Shown piece after piece: positions 39,355 through 51,877 of a DNA stretch of 64,000 nt. The translations under genes and the position numbers were made by a program. Source of the DNA: Callorhinchus milii. Taxonomy: Eukaryota. Position 1 is the first letter of the stretch, and the number at the start of each line of letters is the position of its first letter. Below the pieces are notes generated by a model, which did no database searches, was not told the origin of the DNA, and was given only the letters and a program-made list of their open reading frames with translations. The DNA lies in NCBI RefSeq assembly GCF_018977255.1, contig NW_024704743.1, positions 67,086,001 to 67,150,000 of the forward strand, in the 5' to 3' direction.

Positions 39355-41310
39355 TTTTCAAAGTGGGAGTGATGGTGGCAGTTTTTAGGGGAATGGGAAC
39401 GGAGCCAGAGGAGAGGGACAAGTTGATGATGTCTGTGAGAAGTGGGGCAAGGAAGTGGAGTTGGGAGATGAGGAGTGGAGATGGGGTCCAGGGAGCAGCT
39501 GGTGGGTTTCAGGGATAGGATGAGGTTGGTCACAGAGGGTGGGGAAACGGGTTCAAAGTTGTGTAGGGGAGGATGGGTAGGAGTCGGAGTGTGGGAGGGA
39601 AGGGGGGGTGGGTGAAAGTTGGAGGAGCAGTGACCGCGGAGCAGATTCCCTTGATTTTGGATTCAAAGAAATCCAGCATCTCCTCGCAGTGAAGGTTGGA
39701 GATGACCTGTGCGGGGTGGCGGGGGGGACAGAGGAGTCGGGATGTGGTAAAGAACAGAAGCCTGGGGTTGTTCTTCACCTCCAGGATTATCCTGGAGTAG
39801 AAGGACGACTTGGCTGAAGCTAGAGTGGAGCGGTAGATTTTGAGGAGGTTCAGCCAGATTTGTCAGTGGACTGTTAAGCCAGATTTGAGGAAGGTGCGTT
39901 CAGCGGCCCGCACCTGGCATTTCAGTGAGCGGAGGTGGGTGGTGAACCAGGGGGAGGAGCGTGAATAAGAGATAGTACGGGAGGTGATGGGGGCAAGAGT
40001 GTCGAGTGTGGAGGAGAGGGTGTTGTGGAGGAGGGTGAGAGCAGAAGAGGGGTCAGTGAGGGTTGAAGGCCAGAGGGAGAGGAGTTCAGAGGACTCCAAG
40101 GCAGCGGTTAGGGATTGTGGGGGTAACTTCTTCCAGGGGCGGTAGAAGATGGTGGTGGGTCTGGTGGAGGTGGGGAGGGGGGTGGAGGTGGTGAAGGAGA
40201 TGAAGTGGTGATCGGAGACGGCCTTGTCGGTAATGGTGACATCCGAGACACTGAGGCCCCGGGTGATCACCAAGTCGAGTGGGTGGCCGTGACTGTGAGT
40301 GGGGAGTTGATGTGGAGGGAGAGGTTGAGTGAGGAGAGCAGGGAGGAGAAGTCTGAGGAGATGGAGCAGGAGGGGGTGAAGTGGAGTTTGAAGTCGCCCA
40401 GGATGATGAGGTGATCAGAGTAGAGGCAGAGAAATGTTAGTAGGGTAGAAATATCAGAGATGAAGGTGGGAGAGGTTTTGGGGGGCCGGTAGAGGAGGAG
40501 AATTTTGAGTGAGAGAGGTGGGAGAGGATGAGGTGCTCAAAAGAGGGGAAAGAGCCAGAGGAGTAGGGGGATAGGGCAAGTGGTGTCCTTGAGATAAGGG
40601 CTAAACCACGGCGGTTGGGGAGAAGGATGTGGTGAAAGGTGTAGCCGGGTGGTGTGGCCTCCGTGAGAGGGAAGGTGTCGCTTGGGGTGATCCAAGTTTC
40701 CGTTAAGGCCATGATGTCAACGCTCTCATCAAGGATGAGATCGTTGATGACCAGGGCCTTGTTACAGAGGGAGCGGACGTTTTGTAGTCCGATGTGGAGG
40801 GAGCGGTTGACAGAAGGGTGTGTGGGAGGGGAGGGGGTCCAGGTTGTGAGGCAGGGGGGGGGGAATGGGGATGAGGGAGGAGAGGTTGGCTCCCCGGGTC
40901 TGTGTCCGGGGTGGCTGGCGAGTGTGGTGGGGAATGGGGCAGTCGGTGTGGCTGCTGCTGGACAGTCAACTCCGAGTGCTACGGTGAGCTCGGCGGAGGA
41001 TTCCCAGGCTGGAACAGAGGGAGGTTGTGGGAGGGTCAAATGGGGATAGAAGGCGAGGGGGAGGGAGAGAGAGGACGGAGCAGGAGAGATCCAGAAGGGG
41101 GAGGGTTTGGGGGGAGGGAGGGGGTGAGGGGGCTCTGGTCAGAGCGGTAGCCATAATGCGCACGCGGGGACCGGGAGCGAGCGATCAGGTGGATGGCATT
41201 AGCCCATAGGCTGGGGCAGCCAACCCAACAGGACCATGGTGGTCCCTGATGCGAGCCCTGGGGGGTTGTTTTTTTTTTGTTGCGCGCGCACACTCCTGAA
41301 ACTAAACTAT
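39355..41310 (-). mobile_element. L2 LINE 5' half (5' end, APE endonuclease, linker), frameshifted
   Basis: LQNVRSLCNK..MALTETW, ILGDF, SDH motif, SPWFT..LRSLK, PTSCSLDPI. Confidence 0.93.
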
Positions 41311-41424
41311 GACGTCAGCGGTTCCCCCGCTCCGTCACCCCCTCTCCCCACCACCATCACCCTAGTTGAACTCCCTGCCACCTCGAGCTTTATATTACCT
41401 GAAAAGGTAGGCCCAGGCTCCTCT

Positions 41425-42495
41425 TGGGAAGCCAGTGGAGTTGGGCGAGGATGGGGGTGATAGGGACACAGAGCCTGGTGCGGGAGAGGACACGGGCTGC
41501 AGAGTTCTGGATGATCTGCAGTCTGTGGAGGGAGGAGTTGGGAGGCCAACAAGCAGTGAGTTTGTGTAGTTGAGCCTCAAAGTAATGAAGGCGTGTGTGA
41601 GGATTTTGGGGGCCTGCGGTGTGAGACAATGTCGGAGCCGGGCGATGTTATGGAGGTGGGGGAAGGCAAAGTGGGTCATGGCGCTAAATGGGGTAGAAAG
41701 GATAGTTGAGGGTCGAACAAGACCCTAAGGTTCCGGACTGGCTTAGTGAGGTGGAGTGTGCAACCGTGGATGGTGATATTGTCAGTGCCTGAGGTGAGGA
41801 GGCACTGACGGGAGCCAATCAGGAGAGCCTCGGTCTTGTTGACGTTCAACTGAAGAAAGTTCGCTCTCATCCAGGACTTGATGTCTGACAGACATTCTGT
41901 CAGTACAGCAGTGGTCCTGGAGTCGAGGGTGGAGGCAGAAAGATAGAGTTGGGTGTCATCCGCATACAAGGGGGAGCATGTAGATGTTGAAGAGGAGGGG
42001 ACCAAGGACAGACCCCTGAGGAATGCCGCACGAGACGGTTTGGGGGCTAGAGGAGAAGCCATTTGAGGAGATGAAGTGCAGGCGGTGTGAGAGGTACGAT
42101 CTAAACCAATCAAGGACAGCGCCGTTGAGGTGAGAGGAGAGGTGGTGGATGAGGATAGAGTGGTCGACAGTGTCGAATTTAGGTAGGTCAAGGAGGACGA
42201 GGAGGCACAGGGAGCCCTGGTCACAGATAGACAGAATGTCATTTGTCACTTTGACCGGGGCGGTTTCTGTGCTGTGGGCAACACGGAAGCCCGATTGGAG
42301 GGGTGGTTTTGAGAAGGGAGTAGTGGGAGAGGAAGGAGCAAAGCTGAGAAGCAACAACTTGTTCCAGGACCTTGGAGAGGAAGGGGAGATTGGATTTGGG
42401 ACGGTAGCTAGAGAGTAGAGAAGGGTCCGGGAGAGTTTTTTTGTTTAAGGATAGGAATGATGACAGCAGCTTTTGTAGGGGTGGGAACAGTACAA
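41425..42495 (-). mobile_element. L2 LINE RT-domain fragment, no tail
   Basis: YRPKSNLPFLSKVLE, QSGFRVAHSTETA, FDTVDH, GIPQGSVLGPLLF, YADDTQLY. Confidence 0.93.
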
Positions 42496-42845
42496 GAGGA
42501 CAGTGAAAGCAGATCGGGTCGGTGGCAGCAGACATGATGCGCACATCGAGACTAAAAGCAAACTGCGAGGGTGGGGGGAGTTGCGAGGCATGGTTAGCCA
42601 CCAGTGAGAGTCATCATGGGGAGGGGGGGGCAATGTTGTAGACCCAGTCAGTCCAGGCCGAGAGATTCAGAGTTGGCGGGCAGATGAGACGTCACATGGC
42701 AGCTGGTCTCTGGTTGGCTGGTAAACGGGAGAGTCAGTGATGGCCGCGGCGGCGAATCCCACGATGGCCCTGCAGATCGGGTAGGTGGGCCTCGGTCCCC
42801 GGGGTACTGGCGTAAAGAACAACTGGCATGAACATCAACCAGCAA

Positions 42846-43580
42846 ACATAACATGTAGGAGCAGGACATTCGGTCTTTCAAGCCTGCCCCGCCATTCAAT
42901 CATGGCTGATCTTCTAATCCAACTCCAGCTAATAACCTGACTCTGCCTTATCCCCATATCCCTTAATCCCTTTTGCAATAAGAAATCTATCTATTTCAGT
43001 CTTGAATATGTTCAAGGACTGAGCGTCAACAGCTCTTTGTGGTAGTGAGTTCCATACATTCACCACCCTTTGAGTGAAAAGTTCTTCAACTCAGCGCGAA
43101 AGGGCTGCCTCTGATTTTAAGGTTGTGACCCCTGGTTTTAGTTTCTCCAACCAGGGGAAACAATCTCCCACTATCTACTCTATCATGCCCTTTGATAATC
43201 TTTAGGTTTCTATAAGATCCCCTCTAATTCTTCTATACTCTAGAGAATATAGGCCCAAATTGGTCAGCCTATCCTCATAACTCATCCCCTTCATCCCTGG
43301 CATTAACCTAGTAAATCTACGCTGCACCCCTCCAAGGCAAGTACATCCTTCCTTAAATGAGGAGACCAAAACTATTCCAGGTGTGGTCTCACCAGAGCCC
43401 TATACAGTTGCAGCAAGACTTCCCTACTCTTATACTCTAATCCTTTTATAATGAATGCTAACATACCGTTCGCCTTCCTAATTGCTGCTGCACCTGCAGA
43501 CTAACTTTCCGTGATTGGTGTACAAAGACACCCAAGTCCCTCTGGACGCTAACACATTCCGATCTCTCCCCTTCTAAAAA
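42846..43580 (-). mobile_element. CR1 LINE 3' fragment
   Basis: Similar to 52.5-53.7 kb; atgtt-type tail at 42846. Confidence 0.88.
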
Positions 43581-43707
43581 ATAACCAAAAGTGACATCGT
43601 GAAACATCACAATAATCATGGATTCTCAAGTACATACAAACAGGACAATCAGCTGTGACAGACCAGATATTATCATAAAGAATCAACTAGATTGTATGTA
43701 GTATTAT

Positions 43708-44016
43708 TAATAATAGTCCTTGCATTTGATATAGTGCTTTCCATGTCTTCTAGACGTCTCAAAGCACTTCACAGAATATACTGTAAAGTGAATTGACTGT
43801 ATTTGTGGGCAAAACGCAGGAGCAAATTGTGCACAGCAGTGTCCCACAAACAATCATGGATTGAAGTGACCAATTCTATTATTGTTTTTTTTCTTGAGGG
43901 ATTATTATTAGGCATGTGGAGTAAGGAACCTTGCCAAAGGTTTCGCCCTGCCGGGAATTGCACCCAGGTCTCTCGCTTGCAAGGTGAGTGCTCTAACCAC
44001 TGAGCTATAGGACTCC
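43708..44016 (-). mobile_element. tRNA-derived SINE, short form
   Basis: Full head to tail. Confidence 0.92.
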
Positions 44017-45552
44017 TTATTCATGTCCCTATTCTAAGAGCTTTCAATGCGAAAAATAAGGGACTGGAGGAAATCAAGAAATATCTGCAAATTGAATACA
44101 GACATATATTGGCAATGTTAAACATAGTTCCTTTAATCATCTGGGCCTAACAATAACTGGGACTATTAATAAGGCTATTCAAAAATGGCTCAACAAAATA
44201 CTTGATAAAAATCAACCTCCTGCAATAAGTAGTTATTTTAGGAAGCTCAAATATATTAAGAAAAGCAACATCCATTCATATGTAAAGTGGCAGTGTTATT
44301 GGTCTGGCTGTCCCATCACTGAAAGCTATTATGAAATTACCTCTAAAGAGTTGAGGAACATATTACATTGCATAATCAGATTCATTTTGTTAAAGGCATA
44401 CGACACTGAAAATGCTGTGCGATTCAATTGTGTGCCTGCACACCAGCTATTTTTTTCCCTTCATATTACTGTCCCATTATCAAAGCATTGACTGCTGCAG
44501 TGATTTGTATCCAAATTGTGGTCTTTTGGGTTTGAGGAAACATTTCTCTCAATCCTTGACCAATTTTGTCATTTACTTACAAAAACCCTGGAAAACAATG
44601 TTCTGGGTGGTTGCTGCATTGTCAGAAATCAAATAACTGTTGAGATCTGCTCTTGGTGATATATGTGAAGTACAATCCAAGGTTACTGAATAGTAAGTTG
44701 CTTTCTCGATCCAAAGAAAATCTCACTAGTATTTGTAATCAGTTGAATGATTTTGTTCTGTATTTTTGCCCCCCCCAAAGAGGGGTTAAATATTTGATTT
44801 GTTTTGTACATAATTAAGGTGCTCAGTCATGACTGGGTCTACAATCTATTCAAATAACACCAAAAATAACATTACCTTGGGATGTGGAGTGACTCACTTT
44901 TACCATAGAAAACTATCTTTCTCTCATCAGAAACTCAATGTTGGCATTGTGTTTTCTATGACTCAGCATAAGTCTGGGCTAGTGATGTTTTTCTTCCTGT
45001 ATTTTGTGGTATTTTATCCTTTAAAGCCTGCCCACGTTTAAATCTTGTTTCAAGGTCTTTTTTAGTTCACCACACGCTCACGTGGGGGCTCAAATGTTTT
45101 GACATCTCAAACCAGACCAAACACACTCCAATGCAAACTAGGGTGGGTCCCTTTTGAGTAATTCAAAATAGCACATCTCTGAAAACAGAACAAGTCAACA
45201 GTTCTCTGCTGACTCTCGTTTCATTGCACGTGGAAATGCAAAAGAGTAACTTATATCACCCAAAGTTGCACTGCAGCCACTTGAACATAATTGGTGAAAA
45301 CATCCCCAAAATGATCCAGATCCTCGAAAGCATTTTTGGAATTTAAGTCCTCTGAAGCTAAGGCTGTTCATTTTCACATAAGTGTATTTTGTCAACAGCA
45401 ATAGATGTATCAGAAATCCAATGGCAACATTTTCAAACATCTACTGGATTCCCTACGCTGTTATTCAGTGATGATGTTGGAGAGGATCCAAAAAAAAGGA
45501 TCCCTTGATCTCTTCATATCATCATCTTGCTAAACTGACAAATAATCCACTT

Positions 45553-46075
45553 CAACAACAACTTGCATTTATATAGCACCCTTCACACAGGGTAGCATCC
45601 CAGAGCGCTTGACAGTTGCGAAGTTTGACCTCGAGACAGGGTAAGATGGAGGTGACCGTAAGCACGATCAAAAAAGAAGGTCTTTAGGCGAGATTTGAAA
45701 GCGGGGATGGAGAGAGTTCCAGAGTTTGGGGGTGTAGTGGCTGAAGGCACGGCCACCGATGTAGAGCGGAGGGGTCAAGGGTCAAACAGGAAGCTGGAGC
45801 CAGTCGTGCGGAGGCAGGGGGTGGTGGAGCAGGGGGTAAGCAGATTGGATAGATAAACTGGTGCGAGAGCATGAAGGGATTTGAAAACCAGTGATAGGAT
45901 CTTAAAGTTGTTCCATTCAGAAATTGGGAGCCAGTGGAGCCTGGCAAGGACTGGTGTGATGGGGGTACGGAATGCTGTATAGGTAAGTATCTGGTTGGAG
46001 AAGTTTGGGATTAGTTGAATTTTGTGTATTCTGGAGTTGGGGAGACCAGCAAGGATGTCTTTGGAATAGTCTACC
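45553..46075 (-). mobile_element. Older L2 3' fragment
   Basis: caacaacaacttgcatttatatagcaccc tail and L2 C-terminal remnant. Confidence 0.75.
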
Positions 46076-46995
46076 AGGAAGTGGACGAGCGTTTTGGCTG
46101 CATTGGTTCATCTTTAGAAAGTCTTTATGTTTATGCATAGTTTTATGCTAGGAAGTATGTAATTTTTTCCCCTCCATTGGCATTTGCTGTTTGGCTGATG
46201 AAAGTGTGCTACAATTACATCAGCTAACACATTCCTAGTTACATCCAACCTAAATACACAACAAAACCACAAGCAAAGCGATCTGTAACCAATAGATAAA
46301 CCGCAAAAGAATTTAAGTGTTTCAAAGACAAGTAACATATACAATATATAATAACCTCTATGTCACAATTTTATATCTTTGTCAACAACAGCAGCAGCAA
46401 TCTCTTCACGCGAGGTAGTTTTTCGGAGTGCTCTCCGTAGCCTATTTACTTCCAAAGTGGCTGCCAATTTCAGCTGCACCCTCTCTAACGATTATTTTGC
46501 TTGTGGGGGAGGTAAGCAGGGGGTCTCCTTGGAGCTGAGCTGGTTCAAAGATAACATGCCTGGCAATGGAATGTCAGAATTGAGTCAACCATCTGTCATG
46601 GTCTCAATAGTCTGGTTCCCGAGCCAGGCGAGTCCACAGTACTCCAATAACCAGTACTGCTTGATAGATGAACACCGTGTTGATCAGGCCGTGAAAAGGT
46701 GCAGGTTAGTAAAAAAGGGGTATATGATAACCCCTGGGTGACCTGAAATGGGCAACACTGATTTTGTTGCAACCCGCTGCTCCTCGGAGGGTGGCTCAGC
46801 GACTCAAAGTGCGCCTGTGCACAAAGCTTGGAGGAGCACCGGGAGCAGGAAATCTTCCTACTCTGCTTATGTTAATCCTTCATGTTAAGGCCCTGAGTTA
46901 ACCTTACTGTTTTTAAGAGGCTGAGGGTCTTTTTTTTTTAATGTTTTGCTAATCTTTTGCATTATAAATGAGCATTTTTACGGATTGCTGCAAAA

Positions 46996-47940
46996 TAATA
47001 ATAATAATCCGTGCATTTGATATAGCGCTTTTCACGTCAGGAGGACGTCCCAAAGCGCTTCACAGAATACACTGTAAAGTGAATTGACTGTATATTTGTG
47101 GGCGAACGCGGCAGCCAATTGCGCACAGCAATGTCCCACAAACAGTCATAGATTGAAAATGACCAATTTAATTATTGTTTTTGGTTTTGGAGGGATTATT
47201 ATTAGGCGTGTGGAGTAAGGAAACTTGCCCAAGGTTTCACCCTGACCTGCCTGGAATTGAACTCAGGTCTCTCACTTGCAAAGCAGGTACTCTAACCACT
47301 GAGCTACAGGACTCCAGGAATAACCCCAGTAAATGGAATCCCCCAAATAAAACTAGATCATTCACTTTATGGCTGTTTGTGGGATATTGCTACGTGCAAA
47401 ACCGGCTGCATCATTCACCTACAAATATATAATAATAACATTTGATATAGCACCTTATCATGTCTTTGAGACTTGTACACTGCATTGTTCTTCCTGCAGC
47501 CACGCCTCAGCCTACAGAACAAAGGTTAGTTACTCTTAACAGTGCAAACTACAGCCATCTTTAATATACAGTCAATTCACTTTCTAGCACTTTGAGACGT
47601 CTCAAAGACGTGATCAGGCATTATATCAAATTGCAAGGATTATTATTCTTTTCAATACATTTAATATAGCACCTTATCACATCTTTCAATGTCTCAAAGC
47701 TCTTCACAGTATCCCACAAGCAGTCATGGATTGAGTGACCAAATTATTTTTCTAAGAGATTATTATCCTGGGAAGGCAATCCAGAAAGCCAATCAACTAA
47801 CAATCAGATTACTACTTACTGCTTGGTAAACAGAGGCACATGGAGTAAGGAAGCTGGCCTAAGGTATTTACCTGTCCAGGAATCAAACCCAGGTCCTCTC
47901 ACTTGCGAGGCAAATGCTCTAACCAATATGCTACAGAACA
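46996..47940. mobile_element. SINE cluster: young copy 46996-47315 (-), tail fragments in both orientations, old long copy 47655-47940 (-)
   Basis: Repeated head and tail motifs. Confidence 0.85.
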
Positions 47941-47959
47941 CCAAAATGGATTCTGTTTT

Positions 47960-48760
47960 ATATCCTCTAGCTCATCATCCCTTTCCAGGGCTATAACAGT
48001 ATCTTCAATCAATACTGCTACCCCCTCCTATTTTTCCTTCCCTATCCCTCCCAATTATATTGTAGCCAGGAATGTTGAGCTCTCATCCCTGCCCTTGTTC
48101 AAGCCAGGTCTCTATTATTGCCACTACATCATAATCCCATGTGGCAACTTGTGCCTGCAGATTACCAACCTTATTTGTCACACTCCATGCATTTACACAT
48201 ATATACTCCAAAATCACCTTAGTCTGCTTTGCTTTTCTCCAGTCTGATCCCTATTTGTGGATTACTCTTTATTCCAATGCTGTTTGTCTCTCCCAGTCCT
48301 CTGTGCACCTTGTTTCACCTCTTTGATGTTGCATCATGGTTCTGCTACCGCTCCCAAATTAGTTTTAAATCCTCCCCCACAGCACTTGTTAACCTCCCTG
48401 CGAGGACATTGGTCCTAGCCCTGTTCAGGTGCAACCCGTCCACCTTGTACTGGTCACACCTGCCCCCAAATTCGTTTCAATGCCCCAGGAACTTGAAGCC
48501 CTCCTGCACCATTTCTACAGCCACACATTTTATCTTCTTTATCTTGCTGTTCCTATATGCTCTAGCATGTGGTACTTTAAGATTCTGTTCTTTAGTGTCC
48601 TCCCTAACTTCTGAAACTCTGTCTGTAGGACCTTTTCCTTTCTATGTCATTGGTTCCAACATGGACCATGGCTTCTGGTTGTTCCCCTTTCCCCCACAGG
48701 ATGTTCTATGCCTGTTTTGTGACATCCTCTCCCCTGGCACCAGGGAGGCAACACAGGCAT
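47960..48760 (-). mobile_element. CR1 ORF1 end / ORF2 start remnant
   Basis: YKVDGLHLNR (SGNH-esterase-type DGLH) then YDVVAI.ETWL..ELNIPGY endonuclease start. Confidence 0.75.
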
Positions 48761-49867
48761 TTGTTGGTTGTCTTTTGTAGTTTCAATATGGTAAAAGCTT
48801 TCTGCTGGTTCTTTCAGAAGCGTTCATCTGTGTAATTGGTTACACTAAACAGCCAGCACACTATATGGCTCAGGGGAACAGCAACTTGTTCTCCTGAGCC
48901 ATATAGGACTTCCCTTGGGAATCTAAACATCTCCTTCATCAAAACAAGTTTTTTTTTATTGGCATTCAATTTCGTCCATAAGATACTGAAATTCGTTCCA
49001 ATCAGATTAAACCCCAGGAAGTCTCCTTTTTCAGTGCCATTAGGCACAACGCTGCAGTATAATCTTGTAAAGCACTTTAAGATGTTTCATAAATTGGATA
49101 AGATACTATATCAGATGCAAGGATTATTATTAATATTCACAACCACATCTATATTATTGTGCAATAGAATATACAACAAGTGCAGGTGCCTGCTGATCTA
49201 TTCCCAATCAAAATGATCTATTGACAGTGTCCAAAAGTACATTATAATGTGTATAGATTAGACTGTACAAGTATGACAACTGGCTAGTAAAATACATAAT
49301 CTAAGCTTAATTGCATGCAGCTTGGTATTTGATATGTCACAGAATACTCCATTCAGAAATTTACCAGTAGTCTGGCAATCACATGGGTGGATAAAACCAA
49401 CATGGTGCACAGTTCCCTCTGTTTGCCTGTTAATGTTTCCTTGGGATGTGGCCAAGCTTGAGCTGACCAGAATAACTTGCCGCAAAATCGCAACAACTGC
49501 AAGATTATCAGTTTATTTCTGTTCAATGACAGGAGAGAATAACCCTGTACATTTGCAAGGGCTACAGCAGCAAATGAATGGCAAATCTTCTTCTTATTAG
49601 CTGAAACATGTTGCTATCTACAAGAACAACAGTAGCACCCTTCACACCATACAGTGTCTCGGAGCGTCTAGTTCATATGTGGAAACAGAACAGGCAAATT
49701 TGTGACTAGACAACATTATTCCTCCTTTACGGTTCATGTGTATTATAGAAGCTCAAATCTTAATGCAGGTCCTCAGATATGTAACATTTCACAAAGTTTA
49801 GATTTCTATTTGAAATAAAATTGTGAGCCTCACTTTTCACTTTGGAGGACAGCCGACACATAATAAA

Positions 49868-50295
49868 TAATTATAATCTTTGCATTTGATATTGCGTCTT
49901 TCATGTCAGGAGGGTGTCTCGAAGCCTTCATAAGATTTACTGTAAAGTGTTGTGACTGATATTTTATAGGCAAATGGAAGAGCTGATTTTCACATAACAA
50001 TGTACCACAAACAGCCATGAAGTGAATGATCAATTTTAGCAGGGGGATTATTGGCATGGACACTGGGAGAAACTCTTTTCTCTTTTCAAGTAGTGCCAAG
50101 TCCCCTTGAACAGGCAGATGGGACCTTGGTTTAATGTCTCATCTGAATGGCGGCACCTCTGACAATGCAGCACACCCCCAGCACTGCATTGGAATATCAG
50201 CCTAGCCTCGATTATGTGAGCTCAAATTCTTGACATGGAGTTGTGAACCTACTCTGACTCAGAGACAATACTGCTGCCAACTGAACCAGGCTGAC
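49868..50295 (-). mobile_element. Deu-domain SINE
   Basis: gctgcattgtcagaggtgccgccattcagatgagacattaaacc core. Confidence 0.8.
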
Positions 50296-51334
50296 GGGTG
50301 TTATTTTATATTCCAAGCAGGAACTGAATATTACAATTACTTCTCTCTTTCACATTTATACCTTCCACTGTTGTGATTAGCATTAAAATGTATTTCTCAT
50401 GTATTGACTTGGCAAATATAGGTGTAAATAAATTTAGAATGCTAGGAATGATTTGCATATTATAGGAATGTAATTAACTTTTATATTTTATCTTTGTTCT
50501 ATTGCCTCTTCAAGCCCATCATAATGCAATAAGTGTTATCATAATACTTCTTTGAGCGTGGAGCAGAGCGAGATTTGAAATGTCACGATGAGGCAATAAA
50601 CATCTCAGCTGTCAAGATAGACTTATCATTGAAATGACAAAAAGGGTCTTGTCACTCACCATCTATAATAGACCAAAGCTCCTATCATCAGAATGACATC
50701 CTTTTTTTTATCATAAGGGAGGGAAGAAAATAATGTCCAGGTTATCCCAGAGTGTGGAGTTAATGAAAGGTCTAAGAGATGTGGAAAAAGCAGCAATATT
50801 AATGGGTGAGATGAGGGCACCATAGAGTCTCTATGACGCAATACAAACTTACATTTATATAGCGCCTTTCACATCAGGAGGGCATCCCAAGGCGCTCAGG
50901 ATATGAATAAGAGATAGGCAGAATCTCCAATTGTATATGGTGACCCCAATCTGAGTCTTGGATGTATAAAATACAAGAAACCACATACTTATCATAGTGA
51001 ATCGAATAAACAAAGATAACAATATCAAAATGTTCTTATTGTTCTCATCATCATTGGTCACTCAGTGGAGATTCACCAGCATTATATATTTGGCTGCAGC
51101 TAGATGAAGATGGAGGTTTTCATTTGTTACTATCGATGTAATGAGACAATGAGAAATAGACCAATTGATTAAATGATCAACGGTTTTAATTCAATTTGAG
51201 ATTTATTGAATGGGATAGCAGAACATCGTATTGGAGTACAACAGTGGCACTAATAAACAATTGTAATAAAGAAACTAATTCTTTTTCATGGTGCCTCATC
51301 ACATGAAATTATTATTCTGTATGTGTATCTGTAT

Positions 51335-51665
51335 GTGGAGTCCTGTAGCTCAGTGGTTAGAGCCCTCGCTTTGCAAGTGAGAGTCCTGAGTTCAATTCCA
51401 GGCAAGTCAGGGTGAAACCTTGGGCAAGTTTCCTTACGCCACACGCCTAATAATAATCCCTCCAAAAAAACAAAAACAATAATAAATTGGTCATTTTCAA
51501 TCCACGACTGCTGTCTGTGGGACACTGCTTTGCGCAATTGGCTGCTGCGTTCGCCCACAAATATACAGTCAATTCACTTTACAATATATTCTGTGAAACG
51601 CTTTGGGACGTCCTCCCGACGTGAAAAGCGCTATATCAAATGCAAGGATTATTATTATTATTATT
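51335..51665 (+). mobile_element. Young tRNA-derived SINE
   Basis: Full head to (TTA)n tail. Confidence 0.95.
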
Positions 51666-51877
51666 AAAACTCTTCATAGTAGTAACTGTAAAATTTAGTG
51701 ACTGTTTATGTAGGAAAATATCCCAGGCATTTCTGCACTGTCCTGTGACATGAATGACCCCAATTTATCTTTCGGATTGTTGGCCAGGATGTTGGAAGAA
51801 ACTCTTTTCTCTTCTTTGAATAAGCCAGAAGGGATCTTGATTTAAAGACTCATCTGAAGTACAGCACATATGATATT

